A DNA stretch of 64,000 nucleotides from Candidatus Bathyarchaeales archaeon (GCA_049700035.1 JBNAWC010000002.1:6847-70846), one strand, 5' to 3'. Shown: positions 1-9,137, numbered from the stretch's first letter. The notes: generated from the letters alone by a model not told the origin. Translations and numbers: made by a program.

Positions 1-2
1 AC

Positions 3-233
3 CTAAAGTCAAAAACGCTTGAGAAGCTTATAGAGCAGGCTAAGGGACAAAACATAAACACTATAGACGGGATAAAAGTGTGGTTTGAAGATAAAAGCGC
101 AATTCTTGTGAGGCCAAGCGGAACAGAGCCAATCTACAGATTATACGCTGAAGCTAAAAGTAGGAAGAGGGCAAAACAGCTTGTAGATGAATACTCGCTG
201 AAGCTTAAACAAATAATAAAAAGTCTAAGTTAG
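3..233 (+). CDS. alpha-D-phosphohexomutase family protein (GlmM/phosphomannomutase-like), C-terminal fragment; 5' end outside window
   Basis: Not in the ORF track because it is truncated. Frame 3 reads ...DGIKVWFEDKSAILVRPSGTEPIYRLYAEAKSRKRAKQLVDEY... to TAG 231-233. RPSGTEP is the conserved loop of the phosphohexomutase C-terminal domain. Confidence 0.8.
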   Translation, partial: LKSKTLEKLIEQAKGQNINTIDGIKVWFEDKSAILVRPSGTEPIYRLYAEAKSRKRAKQLVDEYSLKLKQIIKSLS

Positions 234-247
234 TGTGAAACCAAACT

Positions 248-1639
248 TTGCGTGGAGAAAATGAAATGTCGTTAAATCTTCTGCACTTAAAACCAGAGGA
301 CTTAGATACAACGGAAAAACATGCAAACTACACTGTGGGCGTGATTGGTTGCAGACACGTAGGCATTTTTCACGCGTGGCTTTCGCTTGAAAAGGGATTC
401 AAAGTCTACTGTGCAGACGCGGACAGAATTGTGCTGAACAGCATTGCGAAGGGGAAGATTCCCTTCATACAAAACGAAATAGCGTTAAAAATGAAAAACT
501 GCATTAAAAGCGGGACGCTAAACTTAACAACAGACGCTAAAGTGGCTGCATCACAAAGTAACATAATCATCATAGCGGTTCCCGCGGAAGTGGATGACAA
601 GGGAAAAATCGACTACTTGAAAGTTGAGAACATGTGTAAACAGGTTGGTTTAGGACTCCGCCGCGGTTCTTTAGTAATCCTAACTAGTCCTGTTGGTGTA
701 GGCACAACACAATCTTTGATAAAAGAACGCTTAGAAAACTCTTCTGGACTCAAATGCGGTGTTGATTTTGGACTAGCCTACAGTCCAGTGAAATCTCTAG
801 ATGGACAAACGCTGGAGGCAATAGAGAAAGGTGAGAGAATTATTGCAGCGTTTGACAAGGACAGCTTAAACGCCGCTTCAATCTTCATGGAAAACATTAC
901 CAAATGCAACCTAAAGAAGACACTGAACGTGAAGGCTGCTGAGGCAGCAACAATTTTTGAAGCAATACAAAATAATACACGCACTGCATTGGCTAGGGAG
1001 TTCGCAGTTTTCTGTGAAAAGGCTGGAATAGACTGCATGGAAGTCACCAAACTTTTGAAGAGAGAGCTAAACACGCTATTTTCTGCGGTCTGCTTTGACG
1101 ATACATACTGCATTGAACAAATCTTTTTTTTAGAGGACTCTGAAAACTTTAACATAAAAACGCGCATTCTGAAAGCCGTTGATGATATAAACCTAGCAAT
1201 AGCTAAGCATGCGGCAAACCTGATTAGAGATGCCTTAAAAAGCTGTTCAAAGACCATGCGCAGAGCAAGAATTGCCATTTTGGGAATAACACGTTCAAGA
1301 AACACGAAAACACCTCCTAAAAATGCGGCAACAGAACTGATTAGGATTTTGAACGCTGCAGGCGCGAGACCAAGCGTTTACGACCCATACGTCACTGTTG
1401 AAGAGGTAAGCGAAATTTCAAATTTAAGAAAAAGTTTGGTTGATGCCTTGGAGGGAGCGGACTGCGCTGTAATACTGACTGGACATGACGCGTTTAGGCG
1501 TTTAAACCTCAAAGAAATGAAGGTTATCATGAAAATGCCAGCCGCCATTGTGGATTTAGAGGGAACAATGGAACCATTAGAGGTTGAAAAAGAAGGGTTC
1601 ATATATCGTGGTTTGGGAAGAGGGGTGTGGACAAAATGA
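248..1639 (+). CDS. UDP-glucose/GDP-mannose dehydrogenase family protein (WecC/WbpA-like nucleotide-sugar dehydrogenase), divergent
   Basis: N-terminal Rossmann segment YTVGVIGCRHVGIFHAW and IIIAVPAEVD. C-terminal UDP-binding-type segment RIAILGITRSRNTKTPPKNAATELIRILNAAGARPSVYDPYV. TTG at 248, first ATG at 266. Several family glycines are replaced (see findings). Confidence 0.65.
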   Translation: MRGENEMSLNLLHLKPEDLDTTEKHANYTVGVIGCRHVGIFHAWLSLEKGFKVYCADADRIVLNSIAKGKIPFIQNEIALKMKNCIKSGTLNLTTDAKVAASQSNIIIIAVPAEVDDKGKIDYLKVENMCKQVGLGLRRGSLVILTSPVGVGTTQSLIKERLENSSGLKCGVDFGLAYSPVKSLDGQTLEAIEKGERIIAAFDKDSLNAASIFMENITKCNLKKTLNVKAAEAATIFEAIQNNTRTALAREFAVFCEKAGIDCMEVTKLLKRELNTLFSAVCFDDTYCIEQIFFLEDSENFNIKTRILKAVDDINLAIAKHAANLIRDALKSCSKTMRRARIAILGITRSRNTKTPPKNAATELIRILNAAGARPSVYDPYVTVEEVSEISNLRKSLVDALEGADCAVILTGHDAFRRLNLKEMKVIMKMPAAIVDLEGTMEPLEVEKEGFIYRGLGRGVWTK

Positions 1640-2592
1640 AAAAAGTTGGAGTGGCAGTTATAGGCACGGGCTTTTGGGGAAGAAACCACGCGCGAGTTTA
1701 CAAGGAACTGGCTGAAACAGAGTTGTTAGCCGTCTGCGACATTAATTCGGAAAGAGCAAAAGCCATAGCAAAACAGTTTGGAGTAAAACCATACACGAAA
1801 ACTGAAAGAATGCTGAAAAAAGAGGAAATAGAAGCCGTGAGCATATGCACATGGTCAACCAGCCTAGCAAAAGAAGCAATGAAAGCCATAAAAGCTGGAA
1901 AACATGTCCTAATAGAAAAGCCCATGGCAACAAACGTTAAACAAGCAAAAAAACTACTTGAGGCCGCAGAAAAAGAGAACTTGCACATCACCGTTGGTTT
2001 TTTGATGCGCTTCATCCCAGGAATCCAGCACATTAAAAAAGCCATAAAAGAAAAAACGATTGGAGAACTTGTGTGTGCCACGGCAAAGCGTGTTTCTGAA
2101 TGGCCTGAAAGGATTGGAGATGTCGGAGTTGTTAAGGATACGGCAATTCATGATATAGATGTGATGCGTTATCTTTTTGGAGGTGAACCAGTAGCTGTTT
2201 TTGCGAAAACTGGAAGCATGAGGCACAGAAAATTTGAGGATTATGCGCAGATAATGTTGACTTTTGAGGAAGGAAAGAGCGCCTTTATAGAGTCAAATTG
2301 GCTTACGCCTTACAAAACGCGAATATTAACTGTTACTGGAAGCGCAGCCATAATGAAACTTGATTATATAACGCAAGAGCTAACAGTGGAAAGCGCAAAG
2401 GAGACAGTGCAGCCGCGACTCGCATGGCAAGAACCGCTAAAACTTGAACTGCAACACTTTGCAAGATGCATTTTAGGCAAGGAAAAACCGCTCATAACTG
2501 GCATGGACGGCTTAAAAGCATTGGAAATAGCTGAAGCCGCGTTAAAATCTTCGGCTAAAGGTAAAGTGATAAAGTTAAAAGTAAACTGTTGA
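1636..2592 (+). CDS. Gfo/Idh/MocA family NAD(P)-dependent oxidoreductase (WbpB-like UDP-sugar oxidoreductase)
   Basis: KVGVAVIGTGFWGRNHARVY and HVLIEKPMA motifs. ATG 1636 overlaps the upstream TGA (ATGA coupling). The ORF-track start at 1627 is a GTG three codons upstream. Confidence 0.8.
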   Translation: MKKVGVAVIGTGFWGRNHARVYKELAETELLAVCDINSERAKAIAKQFGVKPYTKTERMLKKEEIEAVSICTWSTSLAKEAMKAIKAGKHVLIEKPMATNVKQAKKLLEAAEKENLHITVGFLMRFIPGIQHIKKAIKEKTIGELVCATAKRVSEWPERIGDVGVVKDTAIHDIDVMRYLFGGEPVAVFAKTGSMRHRKFEDYAQIMLTFEEGKSAFIESNWLTPYKTRILTVTGSAAIMKLDYITQELTVESAKETVQPRLAWQEPLKLELQHFARCILGKEKPLITGMDGLKALEIAEAALKSSAKGKVIKLKVNC

Positions 2593-2688
2593 ACGTCAAA
2601 TAAGGAGAACCCATGTTGGTTTGGTGGTTTCGAACTGCTAAAACGGGTACCCCCCTCTAGATTTCAAGTTTATGGAACCTCATTTTCC

Positions 2689-2967
2689 TTAGGCTTTGCC
2701 CTTTAAATTAAATGGTTTGCCTTCAAGCAAAATTTTTTCTGGAACTTTCTCTTTCCACTTTTTTAGGAAGGGCAAATCCTCGTTTTCTTTTCGCAGTTCA
2801 TCGGGCAGCATCTCTGGAATTTCATCGCGTATGGGATACCACCTTAAACATTTTGGACAAACAATCAAGCCTTCAACAATCTCGTCTTTCTCTTCAAATA
2901 CATGAAGCTCTAGCGGGTAGTATTTATCAATGGGACACGCAAGGATTTCCATCAGCTTCCGTTTCAT
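2689..2967 (-). CDS. trm112: Trm112 family methyltransferase-activator protein with Lys/Glu-rich C-terminal extension
   Basis: MEILACPIDK...GLIVCPKCLRWYPIRDEIPEML matches the Trm112/DUF343 zinc-knuckle pattern. About 35 extra C-terminal residues. Confidence 0.75.
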   Translation of the reverse strand: MKRKLMEILACPIDKYYPLELHVFEEKDEIVEGLIVCPKCLRWYPIRDEIPEMLPDELRKENEDLPFLKKWKEKVPEKILLEGKPFNLKGKA

Positions 2968-3030
2968 GCCGCATCATCTCCAAAGTATTTCAATTTAAAC
3001 TATAAAACCCTTTATGCCAGCTTTAAAATT

Positions 3031-3882
3031 TTAAGAGTTCACTTTAATGTCCAAAACAACTTGATGCCAGTTTGGACCCGTAGCCCTCACGATGCGCCCA
3101 AACGGAATCTCAAAATTAACTTCCAGTTGAGTTAGTTTGTTGGCGACTTTTAACTTGACTTTTTCGACGGCATCCTCATTTTTGTTCACATGCTCAAAAT
3201 CGTAATAGTGTATCCATCCGCCACCTTCCTTAAGCGCCAATAAAGCGTAGGGCAAATATTCAAAGGCTTTTTCTGGAAGGGGCATCAAAACGCGGTCGGC
3301 AACACGACAAAGCCTATCTTTGATTATTTCCTTTGCGTCTCCAAGTAGAGGTATAACTTTGCCATAAACTCTGTTTAGCCTCACGTTCTCCTTCATATAA
3401 TCAACCGCCACAGGATTAATGTCAACCGAATACACCTTCGAAACGTCAGAATGCTTGGCAATAACAATTGAGAAGCAGCCGACGCCAGCAAACATGTTTA
3501 CAACTGTTTCTCCACTTCCTACATTTTTTGCAATACGCATTCTCTCGTAAAAAAGCCTCGGAGAAAAGTAGCATCTTTGAACATCAACATGAAAGATACA
3601 TCCAAACTCTTTATGAAAGGCGCTTGTTTTATTTTCTCCAGCAATATACTCCAATGTGCGAAGTCTAAATTCTCCAGTAACTGGACCTGTTTGCGCCAGA
3701 ACTGTCCTTACATTCTTATGTATGCCCATAAGCGTTTTTGCAATAACTTCGATATGCTTTTTTGAGTGCGGCGTTAGGCGTATTATTGCTATATCTCCGA
3801 CAATATCGTAGGAACTATACAAGTGTGCCAGTTCGCTTTTAGAAAGCAGCGTTGAAAATGCGCTTTTCAAGCGTTTCCTCAA
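3031..3882 (-). CDS. trm5: tRNA (guanine37-N1)-methyltransferase Trm5/Taw22-type class I SAM methyltransferase
   Basis: YDIVGDIAIIRL, SAM-binding VVNMFAGVGCFSIVIAKH, and VYSVDINPVAVDYMKENVRLN. TTG start; no in-frame ATG nearby. Confidence 0.8.
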   Translation of the reverse strand: MRKRLKSAFSTLLSKSELAHLYSSYDIVGDIAIIRLTPHSKKHIEVIAKTLMGIHKNVRTVLAQTGPVTGEFRLRTLEYIAGENKTSAFHKEFGCIFHVDVQRCYFSPRLFYERMRIAKNVGSGETVVNMFAGVGCFSIVIAKHSDVSKVYSVDINPVAVDYMKENVRLNRVYGKVIPLLGDAKEIIKDRLCRVADRVLMPLPEKAFEYLPYALLALKEGGGWIHYYDFEHVNKNEDAVEKVKLKVANKLTQLEVNFEIPFGRIVRATGPNWHQVVLDIKVNS

Positions 3883-3962
3883 GGCGTTTCATCCTTCATT
3901 GGGTTAGGTTGTGTTTGGAAACATTTAAAAGCACAGCGTCTTCTTCTGGTAAAGGGGTAATT

Positions 3963-4124
3963 ATGGCTAAAACTGGAATCGTATACGAGTGCGTGAGGTG
4001 TGGAGCAAAAGTTTCATCTGAAGAGTTGGAACTCCGCGGCGGAGAAATAAAGTGCACAACTTGCGGCTACAGAATTTTAAAGAAGATAAAACCGCCTGTC
4101 GTTAAGCGAATTCAAGCAAAATAA
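3963..4124 (+). CDS. rpoP: DNA-directed RNA polymerase subunit P (Rpo12)
   Basis: 53-aa zinc ribbon MAKTGIVYECVRCGAKV...IKCTTCGYRILKKIKP. ATG 3963 is preceded by AAAGGGG. The upstream part of the 3852 ORF overlaps the trm5 start and is unlikely to be coding. Confidence 0.85.
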   Translation: MAKTGIVYECVRCGAKVSSEELELRGGEIKCTTCGYRILKKIKPPVVKRIQAK

Positions 4125-4154
4125 AAAGAGAAAGTGAACAGTCTAACAAATGCG

Positions 4155-4451
4155 CTAAAAGATTTCTTTTTCACCAATTTTACGAAGCGCTCTACCGCGA
4201 AGCTTTATTGCAGGTCCAACAACTTCCTCGGGCGGTTTCTCAACAGTTTTCCTCTTCACAGTTTCACCGCATATCCCTCTTGGGAGTAGGCGCCTCCTCA
4301 CGCAAATAGCGTATTTACAGTTTGCAACATCGCACGCCTCTTCAGTCCACCTACACCAAACGCCATCACGTCTATAGACCGCAGCATTCTGAGTGCACTT
4401 GAAGGCTTGACATGTTGGAGAACAAGTTTTTCCCTGCGCCAACACACGCAC
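4155..4451 (-). CDS. hypothetical Cys-rich small basic protein
   Basis: 98 aa with 8 Cys (C-x3-C-x4-C ... C-x6-C-x4-C-x4-C-x10-C) and a basic C-terminal tail. It is the only long ORF in a 418-nt gap. No family recognised. Confidence 0.45.
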   Translation of the reverse strand: MRVLAQGKTCSPTCQAFKCTQNAAVYRRDGVWCRWTEEACDVANCKYAICVRRRLLPRGICGETVKRKTVEKPPEEVVGPAIKLRGRALRKIGEKEIF

Positions 4452-4542
4452 AACCCTTTGTTATTTTCAAAACTCTCGCATCAACAGTTCTCTAAAATAT
4501 CTTTACAAAGAGGGAATATTAAACTTTTTTCCACATCACTCT

Positions 4543-6651
4543 TTATTTATGCTCCTCTTTAACCTCTTGACGCTTTGAACGTCTTCTCCTATAAACTTCT
4601 AAGATTATTATTAAAATGGCTGGCACAGCAACAACTATCGCAGCAGCCAAAGTGCCAGTTTCAACAAGAAAGCCAGCCAAGACAACATATCTATCAACCT
4701 TAACGGTAAGCACAGTTGAACCAACAACGTTAAAACTCTTGATGACGCATGGCTCAGAATGCCCTGGCATGTAGACTTCTAGTTGCATTTCTCCTCCAAT
4801 AACACTTGGAAACGCGGCTGTGCCGCCTGAATCTGTTTGTTTAGCATCTTGAAGTGAACCACTATGCAATATTACGTTGGCGCCGGATATTGGCTGACCA
4901 AAGTAGTCTACGACTCTAACTGCGATGTTTAAGCCGTAAAGCTGACATTTCACTGTCACGTTGAATTCAGCGTCGCTTGAAGTTAGGTCGAAAACTGTTT
5001 CGTTTAAGAGTATATCGCCGAAGAAGACTTTGACTGAGTATCTTCCGAAATAGCAGTTTAAAGTAATGTTTCCGTTCACCGCTTCTCCGTCAACAAACAA
5101 TCCAACAGTTAATTCCTGAGCCTTCAACGTTGCCGATGGTATTGGCTGGTTGTTTGCGTCCAAAACTTGAACGTTAAGCCTTCTCGTTGGATAAAGGACC
5201 GTGACGTTAACGTATTCAGCGGCTGGTAAATCATAAATGGTGTTGTTGCCAACGTTAAAGACTATTCCATAAAGTGAAGCGTTCACTACGCATGTCACAT
5301 TGGTGAGCACCAATGGAAAAACAGCCAGCCCATTAATGTCTGTTTGATTATATTCTGTGGCTGTTCTGTTTTCTGGCGTGCCATAATTTGTAGTATAATT
5401 ATAAGCGAGTGTCAAATTCACTTGCGGGATGCGCACGCCAAGTTCGTTCACAACTATTATGTTTAGGCCTGTTATGTTGCAGGTGAAGGAAAAGTTTAAC
5501 AAAGCCTCTCTTGTGACGCTGAACGAGAAACCCTCTCCAACCTTCACATCCTTGAAATAGGCTTCAGCCGTGTAATCGCCTATCTCAAGCATGAAGTTGG
5601 CGTATCCGCCGCTTCCACTACGGCTTGTATAGTTTGTATTTGCATATACATCATGCACATTTAACAAGACATCAGAGACACCTTTTCCCGCAAGGTTAAG
5701 CGTATAGACCGTCGTGTTAAAGCCTGGAATATCAAATATCTGCGTGTCTGTGAGGTTTTTGGCTGTTGGAACAGGCGTTATGGTTACATTGTAAGTGTGG
5801 GTTGCGTTGCTCAAAAGCATGGTATTTGGGATAAGCCAATCATAGTTCACTGCGCCATCAGTGGCATTATAAAGTTCAGTATGTATTGTTTCGTTTCCAA
5901 ATTTTATTGTGATGTTAACGTTCTCGTTGATTGGATAGTTAACTGCCTTAATGTTTACGATATCTCCCCTATGGTAAACGCTTGCATTCGTAATGCCAAC
6001 AAAAAACTCTGCAACGGTTTCATTGAAAAATATTTTATAGTAACCAGTATAGTTTGTATTTGCGCCTTCAACGAAATCATCTGGATACGTGACGTTAAGG
6101 AGACAATCTCCAAAAGCGTCAGTTATGATGTTAATGTCGTTTCGCAGAGTATAGTTCAAGTCTCCGCGTGGAGTTTGAACCTTAATTTTTGGATAAGCGT
6201 AATTAGCCACACCTCCAGTAACATTAACCGTGATTACCAAGTTTGCGCCTTCTTGGAGTTGCGCTGGAGGCTCTGGAACTTGAGGCTCAAGCGACTGAAA
6301 AGTTAAAATGGTAAAGGTTTTGATGTCGTTCTCGCCCATCGCGTCAACTAGGGTTATGTTGTGGTTTCCGTGCGGCGCATGTGGAATGATAAAGTTTACT
6401 GTTATGTTGTTTTCTGTGGCTTCTCCGCTTAAAATTTCAGTCTCGTCAAACAGTATTCTGTATGTGCCCAGATTGCTCACGTTTGCCGTTAATGTGACGT
6501 TTGTTCCAACATATCCAGAAGTGGGATTTATAGAGGCTATTTTTGTTTCAGCTTTTGCCAGAGGCAAAAACGAAAATGTAAACATTATTGATGATAATAG
6601 AAGTGCAAATAGCAAGGTTGACTTGATTTTGTTTGGCGCGGTTGTTTTCAA
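4543..6651 (-). CDS. secreted, C-terminally membrane-anchored cell-surface glycoprotein (S-layer-like/adhesin-like; carboxypeptidase-regulatory-like beta domains)
   Basis: TTG start. Signal peptide MKTTAPNKIKSTLLFALLLSSIMFTFSFLPLAKA. 31 N-x-S/T sequons by my count. C-terminal TM helix plus RRRRSKR tail. Confidence 0.7.
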   Translation of the reverse strand: MKTTAPNKIKSTLLFALLLSSIMFTFSFLPLAKAETKIASINPTSGYVGTNVTLTANVSNLGTYRILFDETEILSGEATENNITVNFIIPHAPHGNHNITLVDAMGENDIKTFTILTFQSLEPQVPEPPAQLQEGANLVITVNVTGGVANYAYPKIKVQTPRGDLNYTLRNDINIITDAFGDCLLNVTYPDDFVEGANTNYTGYYKIFFNETVAEFFVGITNASVYHRGDIVNIKAVNYPINENVNITIKFGNETIHTELYNATDGAVNYDWLIPNTMLLSNATHTYNVTITPVPTAKNLTDTQIFDIPGFNTTVYTLNLAGKGVSDVLLNVHDVYANTNYTSRSGSGGYANFMLEIGDYTAEAYFKDVKVGEGFSFSVTREALLNFSFTCNITGLNIIVVNELGVRIPQVNLTLAYNYTTNYGTPENRTATEYNQTDINGLAVFPLVLTNVTCVVNASLYGIVFNVGNNTIYDLPAAEYVNVTVLYPTRRLNVQVLDANNQPIPSATLKAQELTVGLFVDGEAVNGNITLNCYFGRYSVKVFFGDILLNETVFDLTSSDAEFNVTVKCQLYGLNIAVRVVDYFGQPISGANVILHSGSLQDAKQTDSGGTAAFPSVIGGEMQLEVYMPGHSEPCVIKSFNVVGSTVLTVKVDRYVVLAGFLVETGTLAAAIVVAVPAILIIILEVYRRRRSKRQEVKEEHK

Positions 6652-6852
6652 GCATGTTCCCTCTGAAATGTATGCGCGATGTGAACACTTCTAATACTAG
6701 GGAGCATTTTAACTTTACTTTCAATAACATGGCTAAAAACCTATACCGCATATAGTTAAAGCCTAAGCTGAAGGCATGTCCAGAAAATTTGGCAGAAACA
6801 GAAAAGCAAATTTGCACGCGTGGCAATGTTTGTACGTTTGCGGTGATTTGGA

Positions 6853-8034
6853 ATGATTGAGGAAATTCTCGCCCCAGTTAAACAGCACGAGGAATGGCGT
6901 GGAAAACAATGCCTAAACCTTATTCCTTCAGAAAACGTGATGAGTCCATCCGTTAGAAAGCTTCTATCCTCAGAATTCGGAAACCGCTATACGGCAAGAG
7001 ACCGCTTTTACATGGGAACACGCTTTTTGGACGAGATTGAAGCGTACGGAGAAAAACTTGCAAAAGAAGTTTTTAAAGCGGAAATTGCCGATTTACGCCC
7101 ACTCTCTGGGCATATCGCAGACCTAATAGTCGTAGCCAACTTCACAGAACCAAATGATACGCTCATGTGCCTGTCCCCAAACGACGGCGGATACCCTGGA
7201 ATGTGGAAGGATGGACTGGCTGGACTACTAAGGCTAAACGTGGAGCCCTTGCCCTTTTCCAGACGAAACATGAGCGTTAAAGTGGAAGAGGCGAAAGAAA
7301 CAATTAAACGCGTAAAGCCAAAAATTGTTGTTTTCGGCGCAAGCATAATTGTTTTTCCACAGCCAGTTAAGGAGTTGGCTAAAGTTGCCAAGGAAAACGG
7401 CGCAGTTGTTGGGTTTGACGGTTCACATGTCTTGGGGTTAATTGCTGGAGGACGATTCCAAGACCCATTAAGAGAAGGCGCACATGCACTTTTCGGTTCA
7501 ACACACAAAACATTTTTCGGACCGCAAGGCGGAATAATCTTAGCAGACAAGGAACACGGGGAAATCCTTAAGACGAAAATTTATCCAGCCTTTGTTGACA
7601 ATGCACATTGGAATCGAATTGCGGCATTAACTCTCGCTCTGGCTGAAATAAAAAAGTTCGGCGAAGCCTACGCGCGCCAAGTTGTGCGAAATGCGCAAAC
7701 GTTGGCGAAAGCCTTGCATGATTATGGACTGCCAGTTGCATGTGAACATTTAGGCTTTACGAAGTCACATCAGGTTTTGCTGGATTATGGTGATTACGAG
7801 AAGGGACGGGTAAAGGCGGAGAAACTTCAACGCGCAAACATAATCGTTGACTGCGTTATAAGAGTCGGCACTTGCGAGGTTACGAGGCGCGGAATGAAAG
7901 AGGCTGAAATGCATAGAATAGCTGAACTAATAAAACGCGTGCTTGTTGACGAGGAAAAACCTGAAAATGTTAAAAAGGATGTCACTAAATTCTGCGCTGA
8001 ATTCCAAAAGCTGGAATACTGCTTTGATGAGTGA
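6853..8034 (+). CDS. glyA: serine hydroxymethyltransferase
   Basis: LNLIPSENVMSPSVRKLLSSEFGNRYT and the PLP-lysine motif GSTHKTFFGPQGG. Confidence 0.9.
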   Translation: MIEEILAPVKQHEEWRGKQCLNLIPSENVMSPSVRKLLSSEFGNRYTARDRFYMGTRFLDEIEAYGEKLAKEVFKAEIADLRPLSGHIADLIVVANFTEPNDTLMCLSPNDGGYPGMWKDGLAGLLRLNVEPLPFSRRNMSVKVEEAKETIKRVKPKIVVFGASIIVFPQPVKELAKVAKENGAVVGFDGSHVLGLIAGGRFQDPLREGAHALFGSTHKTFFGPQGGIILADKEHGEILKTKIYPAFVDNAHWNRIAALTLALAEIKKFGEAYARQVVRNAQTLAKALHDYGLPVACEHLGFTKSHQVLLDYGDYEKGRVKAEKLQRANIIVDCVIRVGTCEVTRRGMKEAEMHRIAELIKRVLVDEEKPENVKKDVTKFCAEFQKLEYCFDE

Positions 8035-8086
8035 AACTGTTTTATTAGGGCGCGTTTTTACGCTACTATATCGTGAGTGAGAAACC

Positions 8087-9043
8087 TTGGAAAGCACAGC
8101 TCCACAACCGCTCATACAAGCATTGAAAAGGCAGAAGTACCACAGCATAGGTAAACATTCAGCCGTGAAAAGGTGCAGATGGTTTTATGAAACCTTAATC
8201 AACAATAGACCATGCTACAAACAGAAGTTTTACGGCATAAAGACGCATCAGTGCATACAAATGACACCAGCGCTCTTCTACTGCACCCAACAATGCCTAT
8301 TCTGCTGGAGGGCACAAAGCGGCGACTTGAAAATCCAATGGGACGAAACAAAACTGCCAGAATGGGACCCGCCAGAATTTATAGTAGAAGAAAGCATCAA
8401 AGCGCAACTTAAAATTTTAAGCGGATACAAGGGCAACCCGAAAGCGAATAAACAAAAATTTGTGGAAGCCTCCCACCCACGACATGCCGCCATAAGTTTA
8501 ACTGGCGAGCCAACATTGTATGGGCACATAAGCGATTTGATTAAAGCGTTTCATAAAAAGGGTTTTACAACATTCTTGGTTTCTAATGGAACTTTGCCCC
8601 AAGTTTTAGCGAAACTTGAAGAGGAGCCGACACAGCTTTACATTTCCGTCTGCGCTCCAGACGAAGAAACCTTCAAGAAAGTTTGCCGTCCACAGATTCC
8701 AGATGCTTGGAAAAAGCTTAACGAAACCTTGGAGCTTTTGTCCAGCTTTAAATGTCCAACGGTTATTAGGATAACTTCTGTTAGGGATTTGAACATGAGA
8801 AACGTTGAGGGCTATGCGAAGCTTATTGAAAGAGCAAGTCCAACTTACGTGGAGCCAAAAGCGTACATGCATGTTGGATTCTCGCGTTTGCGTTTAGGAT
8901 TTGAAAACATGCCAAGCCACGAGGAAATTCGCGATTTTGCATACAAGATTGCGGAGGAAACGGGCTATAATGTTTTGGATGAGGCGCCAGAAAGCAGAGT
9001 TGTATTGCTGGGTAAAGTGCAGCGTGTCATCAGATTTGAGTAG
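8087..9043 (+). CDS. taw1: 4-demethylwyosine synthase (radical SAM, Taw1/TYW1)
   Basis: HSAVKRCRWFYETL...CYKQKFYGIKTHQCIQMTP auxiliary-cluster region and radical-SAM CTQQCLFCW (CxxxCxxC). TTG start. Confidence 0.8.
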   Translation: MESTAPQPLIQALKRQKYHSIGKHSAVKRCRWFYETLINNRPCYKQKFYGIKTHQCIQMTPALFYCTQQCLFCWRAQSGDLKIQWDETKLPEWDPPEFIVEESIKAQLKILSGYKGNPKANKQKFVEASHPRHAAISLTGEPTLYGHISDLIKAFHKKGFTTFLVSNGTLPQVLAKLEEEPTQLYISVCAPDEETFKKVCRPQIPDAWKKLNETLELLSSFKCPTVIRITSVRDLNMRNVEGYAKLIERASPTYVEPKAYMHVGFSRLRLGFENMPSHEEIRDFAYKIAEETGYNVLDEAPESRVVLLGKVQRVIRFE

Positions 9044-9128
9044 TTGCCGACGCCTCTAGCAAATAATTCAGTTTTTCTAGCATTATTTTACTGTAAACAA
9101 TTTTTCTTGAATCAAATGAGAATAAACC

Positions 9129-9137
9129 TTATATAAA
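9129..9137 (+). promoter_or_regulatory. TATA-box-like element (TTATATAAA) upstream of the 9185 gene
   Basis: Lies about 50 nt upstream of ATG 9185. A GGGGTGG SD-like motif sits at 9174-9180, consistent with a leadered archaeal transcript. Confidence 0.45.

Noticed and set aside
1124-1131. T8 tract inside the nucleotide-sugar dehydrogenase gene as a frameshift/pseudogene or intragenic terminator
   Set aside because: The reading frame stays open through it (…EQIFFLEDS…) and the downstream protein sequence remains family-like. Similar homopolymers occur in other AT-rich genes, for example the A8 run at 38404-38411.
2613-2660. 15-codon micro-ORF (MLVWWFRTAKTGTPL) with a perfect TAAGGAGA Shine-Dalgarno
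   Set aside because: It is too short to evaluate and has no recognisable peptide family. It lies in a convergent 3' spacer, so the SD-like string may be fortuitous.
4155-4451. Structured RNA (SRP RNA or RNase P RNA) instead of the Cys-rich ORF
   Set aside because: I found no GGAAAGUCC-type RNase P CR-I motif and no GC-rich SRP helix 5/8-like segments on either strand. GC is only ~52%, and an uninterrupted 98-codon frame with a plausible basic tail favours a CDS. The question is left as a finding to be tested.
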